A stretch of DNA of 62,680 bases, the filler included, from Chrysochromulina tobinii (taxonomy: Eukaryota): the NCBI GenBank assembly GCA_001275005.1. It is 5 parts of 5 records of this genome, joined end to end, with 100 filler letters (N's around TTAATTAATTAA, not from the genome) between each part and the next. Parts side by side here need not be neighbours in the genome. Positions count along the whole stretch, not along the records: positions 19,847 to 36,019 come from JWZX01001061.1; positions 36,120 to 56,571 come from JWZX01001062.1; 3 more parts are not named here. One strand, given 5' to 3'. The translations under genes and the position numbers were made by a program. Of the stretch, positions 34,969 through 45,500 are shown in pieces (positions within the stretch are counted from its first letter, which is position 1; every line of letters begins with the position of its first letter). A model generated the notes under the pieces. The model was given only the letters and a program-made list of their open reading frames with translations, made no database searches and had not been told where the DNA came from.

Positions 34969-35184
34969 GCACGGGCCGGCGACCGTTGCGGTTTCCCCTC
35001 TTTATTCGAGGAATGGTAAGGACCGTAAACTTGGTCGCGTAGGTTGGTGATAGCGGTTCATAAAGTACAGAAATGTAGGCAGCCTAGTCCCTGGCGCGCG
35101 AAACGCACGGCGGTTTCACTTTCATGGTTTCACCTTTCACGACACGATGAGTGAGACAGAGCCGCGAGCGCTCACGAGCCGGCG

Positions 35185-36019
35185 ATGGTACTCACAATTG
35201 ATACTGGCTCAGCGGAGCCAAGTATGCGATGGTCGCAGGTAAAGCAGGCGCAGAAGCAGTCCGTGACCATGGCACAGCGGCTCGATATCATAAAGGCCAA
35301 AAACGCCTCCAGCGCCAAGGTCGACGAGAACATCGTCACCACGGTCAGCTCAGTAGAAGAACTCGAGCAAGTGAACAGGCGGCTACAGGCCGACTTATCG
35401 TTGAATACGATGAAGGCTTGGGAAACCCGACTTGCTTTGCGTCGCGAGGCGAGCGTTCGCGACGTCTTGCACCTGTGGTGGATGGCATTCTTGCGAACGT
35501 TGCGCCCAGGCCTTGAGGAGGACGAGATACCAATGATGGGGAAGGCGATGTACGTGCGCATGTATGAGCTCATTTTTCGCGCCTTAACTAGCATTGAAGA
35601 GGAGCAGTATGAAGAGGCAGAGGCGAGGCAGTGCGCTGAAGAGGACTGGGCGAGCGAGAGCGCAGATGGGGTCACGATGCCACGAGAGGTGTTCCTCGAC
35701 AGCGTCTTCCAGCTCGCCGACCTCTACACCGACACGACCAGTGCCACGGAGTACGCAAGGTTTCTTCGACGCCTCCTAGAGCTATGCGTGTGCAAGGGAG
35801 CCTCGCCGGACTTGTCGGACGGGATTTTTTGGGTCGTCCGTCCATTGAAGAAGAAGCCCGATCCAAAGCCAGTGAAGCAAAAGGAGCACCAGCCCGCGCC
35901 CGCGGAATCGGAGCCGCGATCGGAGGAGCCGCCGCCGCCGCAAGCTGCGCCGCCGCCAGCCACGCCGCCGCCAGCCGCGCCGCTGCCACCCAAGCCGCAG
36001 CCACCCAAGCCGCCGCCAC
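35185..36019 (+). CDS. Hypothetical protein (possible degenerate EF-hand-like region, Pro-rich linker); 3'-truncated
   Basis: ATG ORF open to contig end; EEDW...FLDSVFQLADLYT...EYARFL segment. Confidence 0.5.
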
Positions 36020-36119
36020 NNNNNNNNNNNNNNNNNNNNNNNNNNNNNNNNNNNNNNNNNNNNTTAATTAATTAANNNNNNNNNNNNNNNNNNNNNNNNN
36101 NNNNNNNNNNNNNNNNNNN
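36020..36119. other. Artificial contig spacer
   Basis: N run + TTAATTAATTAA + N run. Confidence 0.98.
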
Positions 36120-37559
36120 GCCCCCGCCGCCCCCGCCCCCGCCGCTGCAATCGTGGTCAGTGCCGAGTCTGCCACGGCGCTCTCGGTCGTGGCCAATCTC
36201 TCGCACCGCCTGACCGAGCAGATTGCGCACGTGGACGGGCAGCGGAGAGCCCTCGAAGAGGTCCTTCGCATGCTGACCGCGCAGTCGGGACAGTTGCATG
36301 CAGTCCAGGGAGTGCTGATGGAGGCGACGATCCAGCAGGTCACCGTCCTCCAGGACCTGCAGCAGTTGCTACAAAGGAGCGGTGCGCCATCGCATCTGAG
36401 CGACGCGCTCAAGCCAGCGGCCGCCAGGCTCGCTTCGGCGGCAGCGACAGTCGACTCAAGTCCACGCTTTACGACTCTCGGGGGCAGCCTGGACCCAACG
36501 CCACCAGCCGCCGCGGTAGTGGCGCAGCCGCAGAGGCGCATCCAGCCCAAGCGACCGCCACGAATATCAGGCGTCGCACCGGGCGTCGAGGGTACCGAGG
36601 GCGTGCCGCCGTCCAGGCGGTTGTCGAACGAGTATGACGACAAGTATGCCGCTGCACCGCTTCCCACAGGCGGCCTCGGAGGACCAGCGACGCCGTCAGC
36701 GCCGCAGAGGCTGCCGACGCCCGCATCTCCCTCGGTCGGCACTCCAAGCAACCCGAATGCCATCTTTAATCTCCTCAGCATCGAGTCGGTCAGTGCTATC
36801 TTCGACGGTGCGACTCTGCGCGAGGGCACCTTTGCAGCTCAGGGCGAGTTGCGAGCTCTCCAGCTGGGCAGGACGGATGTAGGCCACGCCTTCGACCTCA
36901 AGCTCGAGAGTTTGGGCAACGTGACGAGGCTGCAGCCCAACCCTTCGCTGATGCGCCCGAAGGACGCGGGCAAGGGCGCGCCAAACACGTACAGCGTGCG
37001 TGTGCCTGCGCTGGCCGCGGGCTCACCTGTGAAACCACTCGCTCTGATGCGGTACACCTCCGTGCCCGAGTATGCGCCCATACCGCTGCGCGTGGTGCCG
37101 CGCTGGGCCTTTGCAGATGGAGTCGACCGTCTGGAGTTGCGTGTCGCAGTGCACCCGAAGCTCAAGGCAGGTCTGTCAGACGTGAAGATCAGCGTGACGA
37201 TGCCCGAGGGCGTGAGTGCTTGCCGACCCGAGCCCGCCGGCGAGTGGGACGCGAAGAATCGCATTCTGGTGTGGAAGCTGGCGCACCTCGCGCCCACCCC
37301 CGCGCCCACGCCCTTCAAGGCTGACTTCAAGACCGAGGCCAAGGGTAAAGAGGGGCGCAAGGGGCAGGATTTGAAGGTCAGCTTCAGCAGCGAGACAAGC
37401 AATCTGACCGGTTTGCAGGCGCGCGCGGCGCCGCCCGGCATGGTCGGTCGCATCTTGCAAAAGTTTGTGAGCGGCACCTATGTCATCCACTGCTCAGGAG
37501 CTGCTGGCTCCCCTCCATCTGGAGCGCCGCGCCCCTCGACTTCTCCGCGCTCGGGATAG
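36120..37559 (+). CDS. Muniscin/FCHo-type C-terminal mu-homology-domain protein; 5'-truncated
   Basis: Pro-rich linker, then LSIESVSAIF...QGEL, LMRY, IPLRVVPRW, LSDVKISV, P.GEWD...LVWKL, FVSGTY. Confidence 0.65.
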   Translation, partial: APAAPAPAAAIVVSAESATALSVVANLSHRLTEQIAHVDGQRRALEEVLRMLTAQSGQLHAVQGVLMEATIQQVTVLQDLQQLLQRSGAPSHLSDALKPAAARLASAAATVDSSPRFTTLGGSLDPTPPAAAVVAQPQRRIQPKRPPRISGVAPGVEGTEGVPPSRRLSNEYDDKYAAAPLPTGGLGGPATPSAPQRLPTPASPSVGTPSNPNAIFNLLSIESVSAIFDGATLREGTFAAQGELRALQLGRTDVGHAFDLKLESLGNVTRLQPNPSLMRPKDAGKGAPNTYSVRVPALAAGSPVKPLALMRYTSVPEYAPIPLRVVPRWAFADGVDRLELRVAVHPKLKAGLSDVKISVTMPEGVSACRPEPAGEWDAKNRILVWKLAHLAPTPAPTPFKADFKTEAKGKEGRKGQDLKVSFSSETSNLTGLQARAAPPGMVGRILQKFVSGTYVIHCSGAAGSPPSGAPRPSTSPRSG

Positions 37560-38053
37560 CACCAGTGAGAATAATCTCCAGAAGAGCCACATCGGCGGGT
37601 ACCGTGCACCCGCGACCCATCAGCGGCAAGTAGCGAGGGCGTGGGCATGGATAGTCGAGCATGCGTGGGCATGGATCATGTGCGTGCGCATCACGAAAGT
37701 CTCCGATCACGATGCCGATGGTATATATTTCGTTTGGTCGGGTACGGTATTAGCCATTCGAATACATGTTAACGAATAACACCAACCCCGAACCCGCGAA
37801 ACCCGTGCGGACCGGCTCCGCGTGGCGAGCCCCCGCGCGGACCCGCGGTGCGCCGGTGCCCGGGTGCGGAACGTCGATCGCGACCGGACGTAAGTTGCTT
37901 CGCGCGGAGATCATGCTTTGGGCGCGCCGGCGTGCGGGGGCACCCGAAACGTTCCGACTTCGCACAGCCAGCCCGCGCGGCCCGCTTCGCGTCGGCCTTC
38001 GCTTCATCTTCGAGGATCAACGGGCAAAGATTCGGCCCGGAGCTCATCGGAGC

Positions 38054-40396
38054 TCATCGGGCAAAGATTCGGCGCAGGTGCGGATACGTGTCCAGCTCGC
38101 GCACGTCGGCGAGAGCCCCGCCACCGCCAAAGCGTTCTCGCGTTCTCGCATCGGAGGACGACGAGACGACCTCGACGTCGATGACGCCCGCGTCCGCGTC
38201 CAGAACCGTCGCCCGCATACGAACCCCCTTGGAGTCGTCCGCGAGGGCGGCGAGCAGTGGAGGATAGGCGGCGTGAGGCTCGGGCTCCACGAAGAGGGTG
38301 TGCAGCTGCACGCCGGCGCGCTTCATGCGCCGGCGTGCCTCGACGCACCGACGGTCGCCCTTCGTTGGGTGGCCATCGGTGATGAACAGGATGTGCTTGG
38401 ACACATAGGGCGAGCGCAGCCGCCGGTCTGATTTGAACTCATCGAGCGCCTGGCTGATGGGTGCCTCATAGTCCGTCAGGCCGCCGCATTCGAGCCGGCG
38501 AGCGAAGGTGCGCAGAGAGCTGTAGTCGGTGGTGAAGAAGCCGCCGCCGTGCAGGTTGCCCGCGCACCGATGCGCATGCACTTCGTCAGAGTACTCGAGC
38601 ATCGCGACGCGCATGCGGCGCCGCTGGGCGAGCTCGATGACGCGCAGGGCAAGCGAGGAGGCGTATTTGGCGTTGATGCCGTGCATCGAGGTTGAGACGT
38701 CGCGGCAGATCGCGAGGGCGCCGCCTCTGTTCGGCTTCGCGCGCCGTACCGCGTCGGGCAGCACGGCGGGGGTATGCCGCATCCAGCATGCCGCATCGAC
38801 CGGGTCAGCGTCCTCGGCGAACGAATCGAAGCCGCGCAGCCTGCGCCAGCCGCGCGGCACGCCGTCTGTGTGCGTCACACGCGTCACATGCACGTGGCGC
38901 TCAAACTCGCCCTTGAGGACGCCGATGAGTGTGAGCAGACCGCGAACACTCGCCGCATCCACGTTCGTCTCGACCGGGGGTTTGCGCTCTGTCGGTACCA
39001 GCATGCGCAGCAGCCGCAGCAGCAAGGAAGGGGCCTGGCTGGGCCCGTTCGCCGGGTCAGACGGGTCATCGACGGCCGCGTTCGCCTGCGCTCGCTGCAG
39101 CCCGCCCTCGCCCGGCTTTGGAGGCGCCTCCGTCTGAGCGGCCTGCTTCCGATGGCCACTCGACTTCGTCTCCGGGGTGCTCGCTTTCGTACCCTCCTGC
39201 GGAGTCGCCTGCGGGCTGCCGCTGCCGTCGCCGCCGGCATCGCCGCCGCCCTTGCCGCCCTTGCCGTCGCCACCGCCGCCGCTGCCGCTGCCGCCGCCGC
39301 CGCTGCCAGGCGCGCCACGATCGAACTCCTTCCGCAGTCGCTCGCGTGCTTCATTGGCAACCTCCTCGATGAGGTCGTCGACGGCGCCGCTGTGCACGTC
39401 ATCGGGCACGCGGAAAGCCGTGAGCAGCCGGAGCACGCGCAGATCGTCTGGGTGGGCCACCTCGCGACCCGCGATGACGGCGGCCGCGCGGATGAGCTTG
39501 GGCGCCTTGGTCAAAAAGGTGCGGTCGGTCAGGAGAGAGTTGGTCGCGTCGAGGCCGTGACGGGATCGTAGCCGCTCGAGAAAGGCAAGCAGCGCGTCGC
39601 GCACCGCCTCCGAGAGCGGCACGTGCTGCAGCGCCTCGTACATGCAATCCAAGTCCACGATCGCATCAGCGCCCTCGCACACCGCACCGCCCTCGCCCGC
39701 GCCGGCCGCCTTGTCGACGCTCTTGCCGCCGGCGCTGGGCGGCGCCCAGGTGCAATAGGGCGAGTCTCCAAACTGATCGACCACGCTCGAGGCCGCCTCC
39801 CATGCGCCGCCACCCACGAGACCCTCGGTGCGGATCTGCAAGGCGAACCGGTCGAGGGTCGCCGGGTCGAGCGGCTCGTTGTAAAAGTCTGCCGAGGTCG
39901 GGTTGCCCGTGGCGACGGCGCTCCAGAGCGGAATGGGCCGCTCGTGGTACTTGCGCTCATTGAGCAGCCGCAGCAGCACGTTGAGCGCCTCGCCCGGCGC
40001 CCGCGAGATGTCGTCCAGGACGGCGACCTCGGCCGTGAGCAACGCGCCTGCACGCACGTCCGAACGAATGACCTCGCCATCGTCGCTGACCTCGCGCCGG
40101 ATGACGGCGTCGCCGATGAGCTCCGAGAGTCGCGTGTCGCGATGCAGCTGCGCGAAGAAGGACCGCCGGCCCGAGGCCGCGCACGCAGCCTCTGCGAGCG
40201 CTGTCTTGCCGATACCTGGCGGGCCCTCGACGTAGAGGTGCTCCTTGGAGACGAGCGAGAGAACGAGCGCGTCCTTGAGCGGCCCTTGGCCCACGACGCG
40301 GCGCTCGAGGCGCGCGCGCAGCGCTGCGGCGCTGCGGGCGGCTCGTGCGGCCAAGGTCGGTTCGGCGCTGAGCGCTAGCGAGGAGAACTTCGGCAT
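38054..40396 (-). CDS. MoxR/RavA-like AAA+ ATPase fused to a ViaA-like VWA domain
   Basis: Walker A GPPGIGKT, Walker-B-like VLDDISRA, LLRLLNERKY, ATGN, LDRF, TDR; then MIDAS DVSTSM, GGLTD, LFITDG. Confidence 0.8.
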   Translation of the reverse strand: MPKFSSLALSAEPTLAARAARSAAALRARLERRVVGQGPLKDALVLSLVSKEHLYVEGPPGIGKTALAEAACAASGRRSFFAQLHRDTRLSELIGDAVIRREVSDDGEVIRSDVRAGALLTAEVAVLDDISRAPGEALNVLLRLLNERKYHERPIPLWSAVATGNPTSADFYNEPLDPATLDRFALQIRTEGLVGGGAWEAASSVVDQFGDSPYCTWAPPSAGGKSVDKAAGAGEGGAVCEGADAIVDLDCMYEALQHVPLSEAVRDALLAFLERLRSRHGLDATNSLLTDRTFLTKAPKLIRAAAVIAGREVAHPDDLRVLRLLTAFRVPDDVHSGAVDDLIEEVANEARERLRKEFDRGAPGSGGGGSGSGGGGDGKGGKGGGDAGGDGSGSPQATPQEGTKASTPETKSSGHRKQAAQTEAPPKPGEGGLQRAQANAAVDDPSDPANGPSQAPSLLLRLLRMLVPTERKPPVETNVDAASVRGLLTLIGVLKGEFERHVHVTRVTHTDGVPRGWRRLRGFDSFAEDADPVDAACWMRHTPAVLPDAVRRAKPNRGGALAICRDVSTSMHGINAKYASSLALRVIELAQRRRMRVAMLEYSDEVHAHRCAGNLHGGGFFTTDYSSLRTFARRLECGGLTDYEAPISQALDEFKSDRRLRSPYVSKHILFITDGHPTKGDRRCVEARRRMKRAGVQLHTLFVEPEPHAAYPPLLAALADDSKGVRMRATVLDADAGVIDVEVVSSSSDARTRERFGGGGALADVRELDTYPHLRRIFAR

Positions 40397-40571
40397 TTGC
40401 ACAACTTGTGCCGGTAAAAAACGCCCGCGATTCCACACCTCTTAAAAAGCAACAGATTTACCGGTCCATACCTCGAAACCTCGAAACCTCGAGCGCAGCG
40501 CACGCGCGTGGCACCACCGCTCTTCGCACTTCGGTCTTCATCGCGAAGCCGCCAGCCGGAGGGTTGCAGTC

Positions 40572-42221
40572 TCAGATGAGGTCGACGCGAGTGACGGTGG
40601 CTGGCGTGGGTGGCACCGTGGTGAGCACCGAGGATGTCCGAAGGTACCGGTACGTCTCTGGAGCGGCAGTCTGCTGGGACGGCTGCTCGCGCTCGCTGCG
40701 CATCGCATTGTCCTTGATGTACTCAGAAGGAGCAGCCGCGCCATGCACCAAATAGTCGTCCGTCCAGCTCTTGACAGTGGCGCGAGGCTCGAGCTCTGAG
40801 CAGACGCCCTCTCCGCCTGTCAAGAGCATGGAGCGCGTCAGGTCACGGGAGGTCGCGAGAGCGGTACCCGATGGCGCACGAAGCATGCCGACCAGCGCGA
40901 GGAAGCCCACGGCGAGAGACGTCTGCTGGCGATGGGTCACTGGTGGTGGCCGACTGCCGGTCATGCAGAAGAATTGCATCGGACGATATTGGAGGGAGGG
41001 GAAGTCACTGACATCCTGATGCCGTACCCCTTGAGCCTCCACCATCAGCGCCAAAGTGCATGCTCCTCCTCCTCCACCACCATGGCCAGCAGTGACGACG
41101 TGGCTCATCACGCGACCGATGGCGATCTCATTGGGCGGCCACATCATTGATTGCGTCATCACTGCAAGCGTAGGCACCGAAGCGGCCCCATGTGTCGCGC
41201 AATCATAGCCGCTGATCCACGGATCGAGTGCGATCACCGCGTGCACACGCGGCGGCTCTGCTAGCTTGCTCACACCACCAGCCTCGACCATGCGACGCGC
41301 CTGGGCCATACCGGTACCTCTCTTCTCCTCCAGAGCCGCCGCCACTCGGAACGCAGTGGACGATCCAAACGAATGGCCTACGAGCGCCACGCCTAGGCGA
41401 TCAATCTGCAGCGTGGCGTGGCCATTCCCGCCGCTGCCGGCGACGACCTTGGCGGCGAGCTCGTCGATGCTCTCGAGCACGCTGCACACTTCCTCCACTC
41501 TCTGGTCTTGTTGCACTTCCCTTCCGTCCTCTTTCTCAGGCGCCGTGTACCCAAGCGAATGGCCATCGTCCGTCTCGGTGTACACTGCAGAACCATCCTT
41601 GTGCTCGAGCGCAATCACCACCGAGCCGTGCGAGGCCATTTCCGCGCACAGCCCGCTGTAGCTAGCCGCACAGCCATAGAGCCCGTGGGAGAAGACCACG
41701 AGCGGCCAGCCACCATTGACCATAGCCGTCGCGGGCGGCGCGTCGCGCACGACCTGCCGCGGCAGCCGAGCGAAACGCAGCGCCCACGTCATGTAGGGCC
41801 CCAGCAAGCTGCGCACGCGCTCTGGAAATGGCAGCCCCTCTCCGTGTCCCGTGGCATACCTACCAGCAATGCGTCCAGGCGGGAGCCACGATGACCGTCC
41901 ACGTGCCGTGATATGCGGTGCTGAAGGGTAAAAGATTCTGAGCCGCAGAGAGGTGTCGCGTTCAGGCAGCGGCAGGCAGCAGTCACTGACGCCGACCGCA
42001 TGCGCTCCACTTGGCTCTGGCGGTGGGCGGAGCGTCAGCAGCGTGATGAGAGGCATGAGCGGCAGGATGATGATGCTCACGGGCAGCAAGACGGCCAAAA
42101 GCATCACACCCAAGGCAGGCTTCTGCATGGCGGTGTATAGAAACGTTTCCCAGTGCAGCCATTTCCGAGTCTCCCAGGCGATGGTCGAGCGGAAGGTCGG
42201 CACGCCGCCGACGAGTCGCAT
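40572..42221 (-). CDS. PAF-acetylhydrolase-like alpha/beta hydrolase
   Basis: RIFYP, PLVVFSHGL, EMASHG.VV.ALEH.DGSA, GHSFG, LDPW, HQDVSD triad; alternative upstream ATG at 42329. Confidence 0.88.
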   Translation of the reverse strand: MRLVGGVPTFRSTIAWETRKWLHWETFLYTAMQKPALGVMLLAVLLPVSIIILPLMPLITLLTLRPPPEPSGAHAVGVSDCCLPLPERDTSLRLRIFYPSAPHITARGRSSWLPPGRIAGRYATGHGEGLPFPERVRSLLGPYMTWALRFARLPRQVVRDAPPATAMVNGGWPLVVFSHGLYGCAASYSGLCAEMASHGSVVIALEHKDGSAVYTETDDGHSLGYTAPEKEDGREVQQDQRVEEVCSVLESIDELAAKVVAGSGGNGHATLQIDRLGVALVGHSFGSSTAFRVAAALEEKRGTGMAQARRMVEAGGVSKLAEPPRVHAVIALDPWISGYDCATHGAASVPTLAVMTQSMMWPPNEIAIGRVMSHVVTAGHGGGGGGACTLALMVEAQGVRHQDVSDFPSLQYRPMQFFCMTGSRPPPVTHRQQTSLAVGFLALVGMLRAPSGTALATSRDLTRSMLLTGGEGVCSELEPRATVKSWTDDYLVHGAAAPSEYIKDNAMRSEREQPSQQTAAPETYRYLRTSSVLTTVPPTPATVTRVDLI

Positions 42222-42528
42222 TGCGAAAAGGCACGGAAGATTCCGGTGGTTTCGAGGTCCCGCACGAGGCTTCAACACTGAGTCCGCCCCCTTCGGCACT
42301 CGGCATTGCCACTCGCGCCCCGCCCGCATCCAGTACCAACTTCACTTAGGACAATAGTAAAGGATGCTATTATGATACAGGTACAGTAGAAACATTGACA
42401 CTGGGAGAGACGGCAAAAACACGTCCGGGAAAAACCGCAAGGTAAGACAAATATGATGGAGACACTGATTCACACGGAAGTCGACCGGTGGTGTGAAATG
42501 GTGTGAAATTGAAACTTAACGGAATTTT

Positions 42529-45500
42529 ATGCGAAACGGGGTCTTGCTATCCTTGCTGTGCATGCTCTCGCGAACGACGGCGGCGGTCCCGTCACTGCTG
42601 TCACGGCCGCTCGGAGAGCTCGCCGCGCTTGCCGGTGGCCCACAGGCTGCCAAGCATCTCTGGTCAACGCTTCGCCGAGGCAGAGACCCGACGAAGCTGT
42701 GGCAGGTGGACGAGCGGGCCGTCGCCGCAGCGAGCGGGCATGGCATCGGCCTATCGGAGCGGCTGTCGCTCGCGCTGCAGCATCGCCCGCTCGATGATGT
42801 CGCAACCGTGTCGCTCGAGACCTGCGCCGCTGACGGCACCAAGAAGCTGCTTCTCAAGCTTGCGGATGGCTTGGAGGTGGAGACCGTGCTCATCCCGCCG
42901 CTGCCGTCGGAGCGACGGGTGGCGTCCAATGCACGCGCGCGCACGACGCTGTGCATCTCTTCGCAAGTAGGCTGCCGCCAGGGCTGCGTCTTCTGCGCCA
43001 CCGGCCGCATGGGACTGCTCCGCAACCTCACTGCCGACGAGATCCTTGCGCAAGCGTATCACGCCGAGCGAGTGGCCGCGGCGAGTGGCATGCCGTCCTT
43101 GAGCAATATCGTCTTCATGGGGCTGGGCGAGCCGGCCGACAATGCGGACCACGTACGTTTCGCGTATCGCGCGCTCCTGGACCCGCAACGCTTTGGCTTC
43201 GGACGGCAAAGCGTCGTCGTCTCCTCCGTCATGCCGACGCCGACGGCCTTTGACTCCATCCTGGGAAGGATGCATAGCGACGACAAGGACGACACGGAGG
43301 AGGCGCAGGAGGACCGTGGCCCCATGCTCGCATGGTCACTGCACTCCGCGGACGAGCAGCTGCGTAAGAAACTCGTGCCGACTGCGCGGTATCCGCCCAC
43401 GGTGCTGCGCGATGGACTGTGCGCCTCGCTCCTCTCGCGGCCTCCCCGGCGGCGGCGCGTGCTCATCGAGTACGTGCTGATCGCCGGCGTGAACGATCGC
43501 ATCGCCGACGCGGAGAGTCTCGCCGCCTTCCTCGAACCGCTCCATCGCGCATGCCACGACCTCGCTCGCCGCTCGGGTCGCACTGGCGTGCTCGTCAACC
43601 TGATTCCCTACAACCCCGGACTGCCGGCTCCGAAATCGGACGACCAGCCGAGCTTGGACAACAACTTGGACAACTTACCGATTCCGACATTGGACGACCA
43701 GCCGAGCTTGGACAACTTACCGATCAGCGAGCCGATCCGCGAGCCAGCTCAGACAGGAGGCCGAGCCGCGGGCTCCCTCCCGCACTTTTCGACCTTCGAG
43801 CGGCCCTCGTTTGAAGCCGTCGATGCCTTTCAGGACCGTCTGCGCGCGCTAGGAGTTTGGGCGTCGGTGCGTGCGGCGCGGGGGGGCGATCAAGCGTCGG
43901 CGTGCGGCCAGCTCGCCACGTCAGCACGCCTCTCAAAGCCGCGTGTTGATGGCAGCGCCGGGGCAGCCGGCGACTCGCCGGACGGGGCATCGGCATCGTC
44001 GTCGGGTGGGGCGCCAGGCGGTACGGGTGGGGACGGCGCTGCCATCCGTCGCCAAACTGAACGGTTGCTGCACTCACCTGTCGACGAGCACCGCGTCTGC
44101 CTTGCGTGCCACGGCCATGGGTCCCGAATGCTGCGCAAGCGGCGAGCGAGCGCGGTCCCGCCGCAGGTGCGGTGCGATCGATGCGACGGCATGGGGCTCG
44201 TGCCGGTGGTAACGGTGGCTCAGGTCGCCACCGAACTGGAGCGCGAGATCAGCACCGAGATCGGCACCGGTGGAGATGAGGCTGAGAGCAGCGAAGGCGC
44301 CGTGGTCGGCCGCAGTACCGGTGGTGCTCACGATGGCGCTCACGAGGCGCTGGCGGTGGCGGTTGTCGGCGGGGGGATCGGTGGCCTTGCCCTCGCCCTC
44401 GCGCTCCAACAACGTGGCGTCGTCGTTGGCGTCTTCGAGCGGGATGGCGACTTCTTCGAGCGTTCGCAAGGGTACGGCCTCACACTGCAGCAAGGCTCGA
44501 AGGCTGTCCGTGATCTCGGACTGGAGTCGGCGGCCGCGGCGGCCGGAGTCTCGTCGTCGCTGCACATCTCGAGGGATGCGAGTGGTCGGGAGTTGGGGCG
44601 CCACGGCTCGGCGACGCGTGAAGAGAATGGCAGCCCCTCAGGTCGACGTAACTTGCACTTGCCGCGCCAGTCGCTGCGCGCGCTGCTCTGTGCGCGGCTC
44701 AAGCCCGGAACCATCCGGTGGGGCTGCCGGCTCGACACCATCACACAGCAGAATACAGGGCAGCACAAGGGGCAGCATGACCGCCCTACGCTCAGCTTCA
44801 ACGGCGGCGAGCGCCAGGTGAGCGCAGACGTGGTGGTTGGTGCGGATGGGATCCACTCCGTAGTGCGTCAGTTCGCGGCGCCGACGCAGATGCCAACCGC
44901 CGCCGAGCCAAGGGGCGTCGGGCTGCGCGCGCTGGGTGTGGCAGTCGTGCTCGGATATGCGAAATGTGCCCATGAGCTCTGCGCGGGGTTCGACACTGTC
45001 TTCGAGCAGCTCGATGGCGAGACGCGTCTGTATGCGATGCCCTTCTCGCCGCCGCCCGAGGGAACTACCATGTGGCAAGTGTCCTTTCCTATGGAGCCGG
45101 AGGCCGCGGCCGCGCTTGCGCAAGGCGGCGGTGAGGCCCTACTCGCGCACGCACGGGAGCGTTGCGCAAACTGGGCCACTCCGGTGCCCGAACTGCTCGG
45201 TGCGACGCGTGCCGACGATGTGACCGGCTACCCCATCTACGACCGGCCTGTAGGCAGCCGCTTCGGAACGGGTGGCAGGATCACCCTTCTCGGCGACGCG
45301 GCGCATCCGATGGCACCCTTTAAAGGGCAAGGCGCGAACCAAGCCCTCGTCGACGCCCTCGCCCTTGCACGGGCGCTCTACGACTCGGAGTTGGGCGACG
45401 CCGCGGCGGCGTCCCTCGAGCCGTCGGCCACCGTCGAGGAGGAGGGCGCGCCTCGACGGCGCCGGCGCTCGCGGCAGCCGATCGTCGACGCGATCGAGCA

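Noticed and set aside
35900..36200. Pro-rich ORF ends on both sides of the gap suggesting one gene
   Set aside because: Contigs are concatenated by a fixed spacer and assemblies commonly break at GC-rich repeats; no linkage evidence
38021..38073. 16-bp direct repeat and 10-bp tandem at the stop of the AAA-VWA gene
   Set aside because: Most simply local slippage; too short to call an element
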